Of a DNA stretch of 64,000 nt, positions 1 to 11,400 are shown in pieces; position 1 is the first letter of the stretch, and every line of letters begins with the position of its first letter. A program made the translations under genes and the position numbers. The DNA is taken from positions 1,568,001 through 1,632,000 of the forward strand of contig CAWIIB010000001.1 in the NCBI GenBank assembly GCA_963836075.1. The letters run 5' to 3'. Source of the DNA: an uncultured Acidobacteriota bacterium (GTDB lineage: Bacteria; Acidobacteriota; JAQAZP01). The notes beneath the pieces were generated by a model. The model saw only the letters and a program-made list of their open reading frames with translations, did no database searches and had not been told where the DNA came from.

Positions 1-598
1 TGATCGGTCTCATGGCCTGGACCCTCCCCTGTTTATGAATTCGTTGGCATGGCCACACAGACAGGTGACGTCGCCGTATATCTATTCCCCCTGGTTGGAT
101 GAGAACGGATGGAGCCTAAACAGTTATTTACTAAATTTGTATTTTATATTTAGTTCTTGATCGGGCAAATGTCCAGTGCTTTTTCAATTACGAAGAGCAT
201 ATCACATTTTCCCGCAGGCCCAAGGCAGCAGCAGGGGTCTCCAGCCCCATACCCCACTGAAGGTATTGGACATGAAAGTGGAGCTCCCCACCCTGCTGAA
301 CCAGTGTTCCACCGTTACCCCGGGCGAGGCGAACCTCCAGGCAGAGGAAAACCCCGAAACCTATCATTCGCCACAAGGATCAGATGTCAATACGATCAAA
401 TCTTTCATCCTCAGGAACATATCTTGAGAATTACCTCGAAGCCTCCTTGTTTCCTTGTCGTTGAATACCTATATTTAATAAAAGGATTTTGACCCGGGGC
501 GGTACCACTACAAGTTTCCGGGTCCCACACGTTTATACCGCTGTCAGGATTTTGCTTTGCATCCTTTCCCAGACCATGTAACCGCCGGAGGTAGTGCA

Positions 599-3500
599 AT
601 GAAGGCCTCGTATCGTCATCTCCTGATCCTCGTCGCATTTTTCATGCTCATCCCCAGCACCAGCCAGCCATCCCAGGCCGCCTGGTCCACCAATCCATCG
701 GAGAACACCCCGGTGTGCACCCTGAGCGAAAACCAGGATGCTCCGCAAATGGTGAGTGACGGGGCCGGAGGGATGATCATCGTCTGGCGCGACGTCCGTT
801 ATTCAGGCTGGTCCTTTGTTTACGCTCAGCGGCTGGACGCTTCCGGAGAAGAAGTCTGGCAGGCAAACGGCATATCCGTCTGCCCCTATGAGCACAACCA
901 GCACGCCCCGATGCTGATCAGCGACGGCGACGGCGGCGCGGTCATCACCTGGCTTGACTACCGCTCAGGGTCCACCGAAATCTATGCCCAGCGGTTGGAC
1001 AGCGACGGCAATCAGCTCTGGCCCTTGGATGGAGTGGCGGTCTGCGGCATTGACGGCAGTTCCTGGGAGCCGGAAATTGCCTCAGACGGCGCCGGCGGTG
1101 CAATCATCTGCTGGATGGACAGCCGCCCCGGCAGCCACTGGGACATCTACGCCCAACGGATTGATGGTTCGGGATCCGTGGCCTGGACAATTGACGGCAT
1201 CCCGGTCTGCAACGCCGCCTACAACCAGCTCGATCCCCGAGTGATCAGCGACGGCGCCGGCGGCGCTTTTTTCTCCTGGCAGGATCCCCGTTCCGGCGTG
1301 GACGACGACATCTACTGTCAGCGCATCGACTCTTCGGGCACGGCCCTCTGGACAGCCAACGGCGAAGCCGTCTGCCTGCTGTCCGGCCACCAGCAATACA
1401 CCAGCCTGGCCAGTGACGACAACGGTGGCGTCTATATCGGCTGGCGGGACCAGTTCTCCGGCGATCCAGATATTTACGTCCAGCGCCTCGACGGTTCCGG
1501 AGCACCGCTCTGGCCCATCGATGGCCTCCCCGTCTGTACCGCAGCAGGCGACCAGGACTGGGTCGCCCTGGAAGCGGACGGCACGGGCGGCGTATTCGTC
1601 GCCTGGGACGACGAGCGGGCGAGCAGTTTCGACAACAACATCTACGCCCAGCGCCTGGACGGCTCCGGCACGGCACTGTGGACCGCAGACGGGATCGCCG
1701 TTTGTACCGCAACAAACAACCAGACCGTGCCGAGAATCACCGGGGACAGAGCCGGCGGTGCCCTTCTCGTCTGGCTGGACTACCGCACCAGCAGCAGCTA
1801 TGACCTCTATGCCCAGCGGATCGACCAGTGGGGCTTCCTGCTCTGGGAGGAAAACGGTGTGGCGGTGGGCGCGGCGACAAGCAACCAGCTCGACCCCGTT
1901 TTGCTGGCCGACGGCAATGGTGGAATGTTTGTCGCCTGGGAAGACGATCGTCCGGGCACCGACTACGATGTCTACGCCCAGCACATCGACTTCCACGGTC
2001 GACGGGCCGGAGCGGCCTGGTCAGTCGACCCGGGCGAAAACAATCCGGCCTGTCTGGCGACATACTATCAACACGAGGCCGAGGCGGTGAGCGACGGTGA
2101 GGGTGGTGTGATCGCCATCTGGCGGGACATTCGTGATTTCACCACATCCGAAGTCTACGTCCAGCGGATGGACAGCAGAGGCAGCCAACTCTGGACCATG
2201 GACGGTGTTTTGGTCACCACCGGCTCCGGGGGCAAATTCGACTCTGTGCTGGCCAGTGACGGCCAGGGCGGGGCGCTCATCGCCTGGAAAGATGGCCGGT
2301 CGGGCATCGAATTCGACATCTACGCACAACGGGTCGACGCCACGGGAACCGCGCTCTGGACCACGCACGGTGTGGCGGTCTGTACCACGGTGGAGAACGC
2401 GGACTACATCTGCATCACCGATGACGGCGCGGGAGGAGCGATCATCTCCTGGCATGATTTCCGAAACGGCAGTCACACGGACGTTTACTGCCAACATCTG
2501 GATGCTTCGGGGACACCCCTCTGGACTGCAAACGGGGTATTGGTCTGCGGTGCGGCCGGCCATCAGACCCTGGCACAATGCGTCACCGACGGATCCGGCG
2601 GCGCGATCATCAGCTGGGCTGACGCTCGCGACAGCCTGCCGTCCGATACCTACACCCAACGGATCGATTTCCTTGGGAGCCCCCTCTGGACCACCAACGG
2701 TATCCAGGTCTTCACCGATTCCGGCGCACCCAGGATGATCAGTGACGGCGCGGGCGGAGCGATCATCACCAACCGTTCGGGCAGCAGCCCCGACTATGAC
2801 ATCGCTGCACAGAAGGTGAATGCCAGCGGCAATCTGACCTGGCCCGGGACTGTTGTCTGCGATGACACCGACAGCCAATTCAATCCCAAACTGGTGAGCG
2901 ACGGCTTGGGTGGAGCAATCATCGCCTGGGAGGATTTCCGTAACTCGGAACAATATGACATCTACGCCCAGCATATATCCACCAACGGTGATACGCACTG
3001 GAGTTCCATCGGTATCCCGATCTGCACCCACTCGGCCAGTCAATACGAACCAACCGTAGCCAGTGACGGGGCCGGCGGTGCGATAATCGCCTGGGAAGAC
3101 TACCGATCCGGATTAATCAGAAACATCTACGCACAACACGTTGACGATTCGGGCGCCACCACCTGGCCGTATAGCGGTCTAGCCATAGGGACAGCAGCCG
3201 GCGACAAGTATGGACCCCAGGTGGTGAGTGACGGCAGGGGCGGCGCCATCGCCGTCTGGGTGGACGGCCGGGTTTCGAGTAACGACATCTACGCTCAGCG
3301 GGTGGGCCGCCACGGAGAACTCGGTGATGGAACCCCAGCGATCAAAAACGTCATCGACCACCCGGACGACCAGGGGGGGGTGACCATCGTCAGCTGGGAA
3401 CGCAGCCCCCATGACGAATTCCCCCACCAGCGGATCACCCACTACACGGTCTGGTCGAGACTGCCCGAAGATGCCGACCGGGCCGGCTGGACCTGGGTAG

Positions 3501-4330
3501 GCGAGGTTCCTGCCTACTACCAGGAAGAGTACGGGTTCAATGCCCCGACTTACGAAGACCATACCGGCGGCTTGCCCTTCCCCCTCACCGAATACAAGGT
3601 GATGGCCCACACCGACGACCACTGGGTCTTCTGGGAATCGGATGTCAGGAGCGGCTGCTCGGTGGACAACCTGGCTCCGGGGGCGCCATTGACCCTGCTC
3701 GGCCTACCTGATGAAGCGGATGTCGTGCTCACCTGGGAGGCCAGCGGCCATGACGACGAGGACCTGGCCCACTACAACGTCTACCGCGGAACAACGCCCG
3801 GGTTCAGCCCAGACCCGGATACGCTGATCGGCACGACCATTGACATCGAGTTCACCGACCCATCCCCGGGTTCGGGGACCTTCTACTACGTGGTGGCCGG
3901 TGAGGACGTGCACGGCAACGTGGGCACCCCGTCCAACGAGGCAGCGGTTCCACTGTCCACATCAACGGTGGCCGCGGCCCTGGCCTGTTCCCCGTCCTCG
4001 GGAGTCCTGCCTTTTGTCTGCGGATTCAATGTGGAACTGACCAACCAGTACCAGGGACAGATCCGCCGCATCGTCGGCCGGATCAATGTCACCCTGGCCA
4101 ATGGAACATCCTATGGCAACTGGCGGGCGGGCAGTACCAATGTTTCACCTGGCAGCACCTATGTCACCCAGTGGAACCAGCCGATCCCGGCACTGGCTCC
4201 CCTGGTGGGCGACAACCTGTTCCGGCTGGTGGTTGCGGATGTTACACCGGCGCCCTACAACCAGCCGCCCTATCCCCCGGCCGGGGATACGGATTCCGAT
4301 ACGGCCACGGTTACCGGCATTGCGCCGTAA
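599..4330 (+). CDS. Secreted double beta-propeller protein (16 DGxGGAIIxW...DIYAQR repeats) with FN3-like domain and C-terminal module A
   Basis: ATG at 599 with GGAGG at 587-591. Signal peptide MKASYRHLLILVAFFMLIP...QA. 2x8 repeats of ~55 aa, an FN3-like DNLAPGAP...YNVYRG...YYVVAGED segment, and the shared CTD at 3962-4330. Confidence 0.9.
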   Translation: MKASYRHLLILVAFFMLIPSTSQPSQAAWSTNPSENTPVCTLSENQDAPQMVSDGAGGMIIVWRDVRYSGWSFVYAQRLDASGEEVWQANGISVCPYEHNQHAPMLISDGDGGAVITWLDYRSGSTEIYAQRLDSDGNQLWPLDGVAVCGIDGSSWEPEIASDGAGGAIICWMDSRPGSHWDIYAQRIDGSGSVAWTIDGIPVCNAAYNQLDPRVISDGAGGAFFSWQDPRSGVDDDIYCQRIDSSGTALWTANGEAVCLLSGHQQYTSLASDDNGGVYIGWRDQFSGDPDIYVQRLDGSGAPLWPIDGLPVCTAAGDQDWVALEADGTGGVFVAWDDERASSFDNNIYAQRLDGSGTALWTADGIAVCTATNNQTVPRITGDRAGGALLVWLDYRTSSSYDLYAQRIDQWGFLLWEENGVAVGAATSNQLDPVLLADGNGGMFVAWEDDRPGTDYDVYAQHIDFHGRRAGAAWSVDPGENNPACLATYYQHEAEAVSDGEGGVIAIWRDIRDFTTSEVYVQRMDSRGSQLWTMDGVLVTTGSGGKFDSVLASDGQGGALIAWKDGRSGIEFDIYAQRVDATGTALWTTHGVAVCTTVENADYICITDDGAGGAIISWHDFRNGSHTDVYCQHLDASGTPLWTANGVLVCGAAGHQTLAQCVTDGSGGAIISWADARDSLPSDTYTQRIDFLGSPLWTTNGIQVFTDSGAPRMISDGAGGAIITNRSGSSPDYDIAAQKVNASGNLTWPGTVVCDDTDSQFNPKLVSDGLGGAIIAWEDFRNSEQYDIYAQHISTNGDTHWSSIGIPICTHSASQYEPTVASDGAGGAIIAWEDYRSGLIRNIYAQHVDDSGATTWPYSGLAIGTAAGDKYGPQVVSDGRGGAIAVWVDGRVSSNDIYAQRVGRHGELGDGTPAIKNVIDHPDDQGGVTIVSWERSPHDEFPHQRITHYTVWSRLPEDADRAGWTWVGEVPAYYQEEYGFNAPTYEDHTGGLPFPLTEYKVMAHTDDHWVFWESDVRSGCSVDNLAPGAPLTLLGLPDEADVVLTWEASGHDDEDLAHYNVYRGTTPGFSPDPDTLIGTTIDIEFTDPSPGSGTFYYVVAGEDVHGNVGTPSNEAAVPLSTSTVAAALACSPSSGVLPFVCGFNVELTNQYQGQIRRIVGRINVTLANGTSYGNWRAGSTNVSPGSTYVTQWNQPIPALAPLVGDNLFRLVVADVTPAPYNQPPYPPAGDTDSDTATVTGIAP
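3962..4330 (+). repeat. C-terminal module A, copy 1
   Basis: 122-aa terminal domain that aligns with the C-termini of the genes ending at 8092, 11544 and 62560. Confidence 0.9.
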
Positions 4331-4348
4331 ACTTCTGGAGGCAGCGTC

Positions 4349-7300
4349 ATGAAGGCATTGCGCAATTGTTTCATGTTTCTCGTGTTGTCAATCATTATCG
4401 TTGCCTTCTCCTGGCAACCAACTTTTGCCGCCTGGTCCACCAACCCCTCGGAGAACACCGTGGTCTCCGGTGGTGTGTACAACCAGGATGATCCGCAGAT
4501 CGTCAGCGACGGCGCCGGCGGGTCGATCATCGCCTGGCGTCATGTCCGGTCCATTGCCGGCACCGAGACCGACATCTTTGTTCAGCGTCTCGATGCCGAA
4601 GGCAACGAGCTCTGGATCGCCAACGGGACGGCGGTCTGCAGGGCAACTGGAAACCAGACCGCACCAGTCCTGGTGGGTGACGGCACCGGCGGGGCAGTGA
4701 TCACCTGGCTCGACTACCGTTCCGGATCCACCGAGATCTATGCCCAGCGGGTGGACAGCAGCGGCGACAAGCTCTGGGCCACGGACGGCGTATCGATATG
4801 CAGCAGCCCCACCGGCAACCCCTGGGAGCCGGAGATCGCCACGGACGGCGCCGGCGGAGCGATCATCGCCTGGATGGAGGGCCGTACCGGGTCCCAGTGG
4901 GACATTTACGCCCAGCGGGTGGACAGTTCAGGGAGCACGCTCTGGACCACCGACGGCGTGGCGGTCTGCACGGCGGCAGACAGCCAGCTCGGCGTGGTGG
5001 TGGTCGGTGATGGTGCCGGCGGAGCTATTCTAGGGTGGGGTGACCTGCGTGACGGTGACTTTTACGATGTCTATCTTCAGCAGGTGGACCCTTCGGGCAG
5101 CATGCTCTGGACAGCCAACGGAATCTCCATGGGCGCCTTGTCGGAGAATGAGTTATCCCCCGACCTGATGGGTGACAGTGCTGGTGGAGTATTTGTTTCC
5201 TGGCCCGACGAAAGATCCGGAGAGAAAGATATCTATGCCCAGCGGGTTGACGGGAACGGCAATCAACTGTGGACCGTCGGCGGTGAACCGGTCTGCAGCG
5301 CATCCAATGAGCAGACCGATCCCCGCCTGGCCGGTGACGGCTCGGGCGGAGCGATCGTGGTCTGGCAGGACTGGCGAGCAGGGACCAACAGTGACCTCTA
5401 TGCCCAGCGAGTTGACATGGACGGCACTGCGCTGTGGGCCACCGACGGGATCGCGATCTGTACAGCAGCAGGAGATCAGTACAGTCATCAACTGGTGAGC
5501 GACGGGGCCGGCGGAGCAGTGATCGCCTGGACAGACTTCCAGGTCGGTTACAGCCGCGACATCTACGCCCAACGCATCGATACCTGGGGCATCGTGCTAT
5601 GGCCCGACCGAGGAGTGGTCATCAGCATGGCGGCGAACGACCAGCGTGACCCGGCGCTGACAGCCGACGGTGATGGCGGCGTGTTCATCGTCTGGGACGA
5701 CATCCGTTCGGGGACCAACTATGACGTCTATGCCCAGCATGTGGACTTCAACGGTCGCCGGGCCGGAGCCGCCTGGTCCCACGACCCGAACGAGAACAAT
5801 CCGGTTTGCCTTCCCACAACAAACCAGTATAGCCCCAAAATGGTGAGCGATGAGGATGGCGGCGCCATTGTGGCCTGGTGGGAAGCTCGCAGCGGCCCTC
5901 GTGACATATACGCTCAGCGATTGGATCGCATGGGTAGTCCTCTCTGGACTGCGGATGCCGTACCTGTTTGCGTCACACCATTCCAATCGGAATATCTCAA
6001 TATTGTCGGAGACGGCGCTGGCGGGGCCATCATCACCTGGGAAGAAGACAGCTCGGGAACCGGTGCTGATATCTATGTCCAGCGGGTGGACAAATTTGGG
6101 GTTACGCAATGGACCACCAACGGGATCGCCGTCTGTTCGCTAGCGGATGATCAGACGCGGCCATCGATCACCAGCGATGGAGCAGGAGGAGCGATCATCG
6201 CCTGGACTGACCAACGGTCCGGGACCGGGTATGACATCTACGCCCAGCGGGTGAGCGCCTCCGGCACTCCGCTCTGGACTGCTGGCGGTCTGGCGGTCTG
6301 CACGGAATCCGCTGACCAGTGGGGCTCGACGCTGGCCAGTGACGGGGCAGGTGGGGCGATCATCGCCTGGATCGATGACCGTCTTACTGCTTACACATTA
6401 TATGCCCAGCGGTTGGATAGCGCAGGTACGGCACTCTGGTCTCTTGACGGCAGGACAGTAAGTTCCCCTGTCTTCAATGTGAATGAATACGACCTGGTGA
6501 GCGACGGCAATGGTGGGATTATTGCCGCCTGGTCGGAGGATCTGGGTGGCGACACAGAGATTGTGACCCAACGATTGGACAGTTCAGGTAACCAGGAGTG
6601 GGGTTTTGACGGAGTGCAGCTAACCGAGATGACCGGGCCCCAGGATCGACCCCGGCTGCTTGCTGGCGATGCCGGTGGAGCGATCATCACCTGGCTGGAC
6701 GCTCGCTCAATGTCGCAATACGAAGTGTATGCGCAACGCATATCTCCTGCCGGGATCCTGGACTGGGCCACCAACGGCGTGGCCATCACTCCGGCCATGG
6801 GTGCGTCAGGCGTTGAGATCGTGAGTGATGGCGCTGATGGGGCTGTCATTTCCTACCGATACTCACATTCCGGAGGTGCCCCCAACATCTACAACCAGCG
6901 GGTGAGTGGAACCGGCAGCATTTCCTGGGATGTAAATGGCATGCCGATTTGCACGGCCACCGACTATCAGGATTCGCATCAAATAATTCTCACCACCGAG
7001 AACAAAGTCATCGTCAGTTGGGGTGACCAGCGATCAGGCGAAAGTAAAATCTATGCACAGCAGGCAGACCTGAACGGCTACCTCGGCGACCCCGAGCCCA
7101 CAGTGAGCACCGTCATCGACCACCCCGAAGACCAGGGTGGCGTCACCGTGCTCAGTTGGGAACCGAGCCCCCATGACGAGTTCCTATCCCAGGTAGTGAC
7201 ACACTACTCGGTCTGGAAGCGCCTTCCCGATGATCCGGATCGTGCCGGCTGGACGTTGATGAATACCGTAGTGGCCACCTACCAGTCCGAGTACGGCTTC

Positions 7301-8092
7301 GACGCCGCGACCTACGAAGACTACACCGGCGGCCCCGACTTCCCGCTCACCGAATACAAGGTCATCGCCCACACCTCCGATCCCTGGGTCTTCTGGGAGT
7401 CGGGCGTCAGGCGCGGCTGTTCGATGGACAACCTGGCCCCGGGAGCACCGTTGACCCTGCTCGGCCTGCCGGATGAATCAGACGTGCTGCTCACCTGGGA
7501 AGCCAGCGGCGATGACGATGAGGACCTGGCCCACTACAACGTATACCGTGGCACAACGCCAGGATTCGCCGTGGACGAAAACTCGCTGATCGGCACGGTC
7601 ACCGACATCGAATACACCGACCCCAACCCGGGTTACGGCACCTGGTACTACCGGGTGGCCGGCGAGGACGTGCACGGCAACGTGGGCACAGCGTCCAACG
7701 AGGCTGCGGTGCCACTCTCCACCTCGACGGTGGCGGCATCGCTGACCTGCACCCCGCCGGCGGGCGTCCTGCCCTTTGTCTCCCAGATGAGGGTTGAGCT
7801 GACCAACCAGTACACGGGCCTGACCCGCCGCATCGCCGGTCGGATCAACGTCACCCTGGCCAGCGGCAAGTATTACCCCAACTGGCGGGCCGGTTCCACC
7901 AATGTCCAGCCCGGCAGCACTTATGTCACCAGCTGGAACCAGCCGATCCCGGCCCTGGCCCCCCTGGTGGGTGACAACCAGTTCCGGCTGGTGGCCGCGG
8001 ATGTGACACCGGCGCCCTACAACCAGCCGCCCTATCCGCCGGCCGGGGATACGGACTCGGCGACGGTCACAGTTACCGGCATGGCGCCATAG
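4349..8092 (+). CDS. Tandem paralog: secreted double beta-propeller protein with FN3-like domain and C-terminal module A
   Basis: GGAGG upstream and a signal peptide. Same 16-repeat architecture as 599..4330, colinear along its full length. Confidence 0.9.
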   Translation: MKALRNCFMFLVLSIIIVAFSWQPTFAAWSTNPSENTVVSGGVYNQDDPQIVSDGAGGSIIAWRHVRSIAGTETDIFVQRLDAEGNELWIANGTAVCRATGNQTAPVLVGDGTGGAVITWLDYRSGSTEIYAQRVDSSGDKLWATDGVSICSSPTGNPWEPEIATDGAGGAIIAWMEGRTGSQWDIYAQRVDSSGSTLWTTDGVAVCTAADSQLGVVVVGDGAGGAILGWGDLRDGDFYDVYLQQVDPSGSMLWTANGISMGALSENELSPDLMGDSAGGVFVSWPDERSGEKDIYAQRVDGNGNQLWTVGGEPVCSASNEQTDPRLAGDGSGGAIVVWQDWRAGTNSDLYAQRVDMDGTALWATDGIAICTAAGDQYSHQLVSDGAGGAVIAWTDFQVGYSRDIYAQRIDTWGIVLWPDRGVVISMAANDQRDPALTADGDGGVFIVWDDIRSGTNYDVYAQHVDFNGRRAGAAWSHDPNENNPVCLPTTNQYSPKMVSDEDGGAIVAWWEARSGPRDIYAQRLDRMGSPLWTADAVPVCVTPFQSEYLNIVGDGAGGAIITWEEDSSGTGADIYVQRVDKFGVTQWTTNGIAVCSLADDQTRPSITSDGAGGAIIAWTDQRSGTGYDIYAQRVSASGTPLWTAGGLAVCTESADQWGSTLASDGAGGAIIAWIDDRLTAYTLYAQRLDSAGTALWSLDGRTVSSPVFNVNEYDLVSDGNGGIIAAWSEDLGGDTEIVTQRLDSSGNQEWGFDGVQLTEMTGPQDRPRLLAGDAGGAIITWLDARSMSQYEVYAQRISPAGILDWATNGVAITPAMGASGVEIVSDGADGAVISYRYSHSGGAPNIYNQRVSGTGSISWDVNGMPICTATDYQDSHQIILTTENKVIVSWGDQRSGESKIYAQQADLNGYLGDPEPTVSTVIDHPEDQGGVTVLSWEPSPHDEFLSQVVTHYSVWKRLPDDPDRAGWTLMNTVVATYQSEYGFDAATYEDYTGGPDFPLTEYKVIAHTSDPWVFWESGVRRGCSMDNLAPGAPLTLLGLPDESDVLLTWEASGDDDEDLAHYNVYRGTTPGFAVDENSLIGTVTDIEYTDPNPGYGTWYYRVAGEDVHGNVGTASNEAAVPLSTSTVAASLTCTPPAGVLPFVSQMRVELTNQYTGLTRRIAGRINVTLASGKYYPNWRAGSTNVQPGSTYVTSWNQPIPALAPLVGDNQFRLVAADVTPAPYNQPPYPPAGDTDSATVTVTGMAP
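7724..8092 (+). repeat. C-terminal module A, copy 2
   Basis: 7743-8043 matches 11195-11495 with 9 mismatches in 301 nt (hand count). Confidence 0.92.
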
Positions 8093-8403
8093 CGCTCAGG
8101 AAAAATCCTCACGACGGGCGGGCCGAAGGCCAACGGCGGCGTATTTTAAGCCCGCCCTGCCCTTCTCCGGTTCGTAAGAAAAATTCAAGGAGGGGCAACA
8201 TGTCATCACCTCGGAATAGCTGCTTCATTCTTGCAGCCGGCATCAATAAATTCACCCCTCACATCCAATGTGTTCACCAGCGGACGTTCCTGATGAAGAA
8301 CGGGCAATCCGTTCCATTGGTATTTTCTTGCGGCCATCTCGAGTCCACCCCTGAACATCAGATGCGGTGGGTTTTGTATCTCATCTGAATGGAGGAAAGA
8401 AAA

Positions 8404-11400
8404 ATGTGGAACACCATTCGATTATCACTGTTTGCATCAGGGCTTTTGTTCTTTCTGGCATTCTTTTCTCCGGCGGGATGGGGCGCTGAAGATCTGTGGT
8501 CCGACGTGGTGAGTGGGGTTGTGACACCCTCCCTCACCGCGGGCGAGGCGGGATTGACGGTGCTGGACGTGACCGAGGAACAGAGAAGGTCCGCACTTTC
8601 CCGAGGAGCCGGTGATCAGTATTTTCTCTCCATGGCTGGATGGGACGACGGGAGTGAATACGGTTACGCCGTCGAGCCCACCTCGGACGGCGGATTCATC
8701 GCGGCCGGCCGGACCAACAGCCTTGGCGGTGGGTTTTACGATGTGCTGCTGGTGAAATATGACAGTTCGGGAGCGCTGGAATGGGCCAGAGCGGCGGGGG
8801 GTGCATCAACCGAAGCCGCCAACGATGTCATCGAAACCGCGGATGGCGGATATCTGGTTGCCGGCATCACCGTCAGTTTCGGAGCCGGGGGACAGGATGT
8901 CCTGATGCTCAAGTTTGACAGCTCCGGGACGCTGCAGTGGTCCCGCACCGCCGGGGGAACAGGTCATGACAGTGGCCTCTCAATGGACCGTACCCTGGAT
9001 GACTGCTTCATCATCGCCGGCTACACCGGCAGTTTCGGTGCGGGCGACGATGATGTGCTCCTGCTCAAGTATGACGATGCCGGGACCCTGCTCTGGGCGC
9101 GGACTTACGGAGGGGCTGACGAGGACAAGGGGAACGCCGTCTGCACCGTGAACGATGGCGGCTATATCATCGCCGGGGAGACCAACAGCTTCGGCGTGGT
9201 GGAGTCTGATGCCCTGGTGCTCAAGCTTGACAGTGCCGGCACCCTGGCCTGGGCCTACACTGCCGGCGGATCGCCGTGGTCGGAGCGGGCATTCGGTGTT
9301 TGCCAGACCACCGAGAACCTCGTCATCGTCACCGGGTATGCCAACAGTTTCGGCGCCGGTGACCTGGATATCTTCACCATGGTATTCGATATTTACGGCG
9401 TGTCCGGTCCCATGCGGACCGTTGGCGGACCGGAGTCCGAGCGGGGCTACAGTGTCCGCCCCACCATCGACGGCGGCTTCGTTGTGGCCGGGTACACCGA
9501 GAATTATGGCGCCGGTGAGGATGATTGGCTGGTGCTGAAGTTTGACAAGTTCGATTCGATGGAGTGGGCGAGGACCGTTGGCGGCGACGGCTTTGATTTC
9601 CTCCACGATATCGCGCCGCAGGAAGATGGCGGCTATCTCATGGCCGGGTACAGCACCAGCTTTGGCGCGCTGGGCTGGGATCTTCTGGTGGCTCGGACGG
9701 ACGCCCGGGGGATGATCCATGGCTGTCCGCACATCGCCCTCTGTAATCCCGAAGTGAACAACTATCTCCCCACGATTCTTTCTCCGGCGGTCACCGTGGG
9801 CACACCGGCCCTGACCACCGGATCGCCCTCGGTGACGGTAGTGGCGCAAGTGCCCGATAAAACGGGGATTTGCAGTTTCACTTACCCCTATCCGGAATAC
9901 GCCATGCTGGCCACCGGCGGCGCCTTGAACGACACCAGTGTGTCTGTCCGCGATACCCCGGATGGCGGCCTCCTGGTGGCCGGAGCCACCAACGGGTATG
10001 GCGTGGGCGGTTTTGATATCCTGCTGATCAAATACGACAGTTCGGGACTGCTCCAGTGGGCCCGGACCGCGGGTGGAGTGGATGACGAGATGGCCTGGGA
10101 CATGGAACTGACCTCGGACGGCGGCTGTATCGTATCCGGATACACCTACAGCTACGGTGTGGGCAACGGATACCGCGACGCACTGATCGTCAGGTTCGAC
10201 CACGCGGGAAACCTGCTCTGGGCCCGCACGGCAGGGGGCACCTACTGGGAAGATGCCTACGATGTGTGCGAAACCTCGGACGGCGGCTTCATTGTCACGG
10301 GAGAAACCGGGAGCGTCGGGCCGGGTTACGACCACGACGTGATGCTGCTCAAATATGACAGCGGCGGCACTCTGGAATGGGCACGTACGGCCGGCGGCGA
10401 TAAAGATGACGAAGGGAAATCGGTATGCGAGACGCCCTTTGGGGAATACGTGGTCACCGGATTCAGCCAGAGCTTCAACACCTCCAACGACTTTGACATC
10501 ATCCTCTTCAGGTTCACCGGCAGCGGTTCGCTCGTGTGGACCCGCGTGGTGGGGGGCGATTCCTGGGACTGGGGGAACAGCGTCCAGATGACCGATGACT
10601 ACGACATCGTCATAGCAGGATACAGCAGCGGCTATGGCGAGGGCGGATCGGCCCTGCTGGTCAAGTTCAGTATGCTCGGAAACATGTATTGGGCCCGGGC
10701 CGCGGGTGGGGCCTCATTTGAGGAGGCGCACGCCATGGACATGACGTCTGACGGCGGATTCGTGGTGACCGGCCGGACCAGCAGTTTCGGTCCCGGAACA
10801 CCCGACGCGATCAACCTCTTCCTCTGGAAATTCGGCTATGGTGGTACTCTGGAATGGGCCAGGGCGGCCGGTGGTGACGGGGAGGAGAACGGCCTCTCGG
10901 TGAAGGAGACCGCTGACGGCGGGTTTGCGGCAAGCGGCTTCACCCTGAACAGTTATGGCGCCGGACAGTATGATGCGTTCCTCCTTCGCACCGATGCATC
11001 GGGCCTGATCGACAACTGCCCGAATCTGGTCCCGTGCAGCCCGGTGGTGGATGTGGTTGACCCCGCCGTCCAGGAACCCTCGCTCAGCGAGCAGATCCCT
11101 TCATTCACCTACACCAGCCCCAATCTGTACACCGGGAGCGCTTCCCCGAACAATGAGGCCGTCTGCCCTGTTGATTCGACCGTTGCGGCGGAGATGACCT
11201 GCACCCCGCCGGCGGGCGTCCTGCCCTTCGTCTCCCAGATGAGGGTTGAGCTGACCAACCAGTACACGGGCCTGACCCGCCGGGTCGCCGGACGGATCAA
11301 CGTCACCCTGGCCAGCGGCAAGTATTACCCCAACTGGCGGGCCGGTTCCACCAATGTCCAGCCCGGCAGCACCTACGTCACCAGCTGGAACCAGCCGATC

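Noticed and set aside
157-492. Small ORFs at the window start
   Set aside because: No RBS or recognisable motif. The AT-rich context suggests an upstream regulatory region.
3962-4330. Module A as an LPxTG, PEP-CTERM or canonical T9SS signal
   Set aside because: No hydrophobic helix or basic tail, and it is longer than and lacks the motifs of the T9SS type A CTD. Treated as a distinct domain pending an HMM search.
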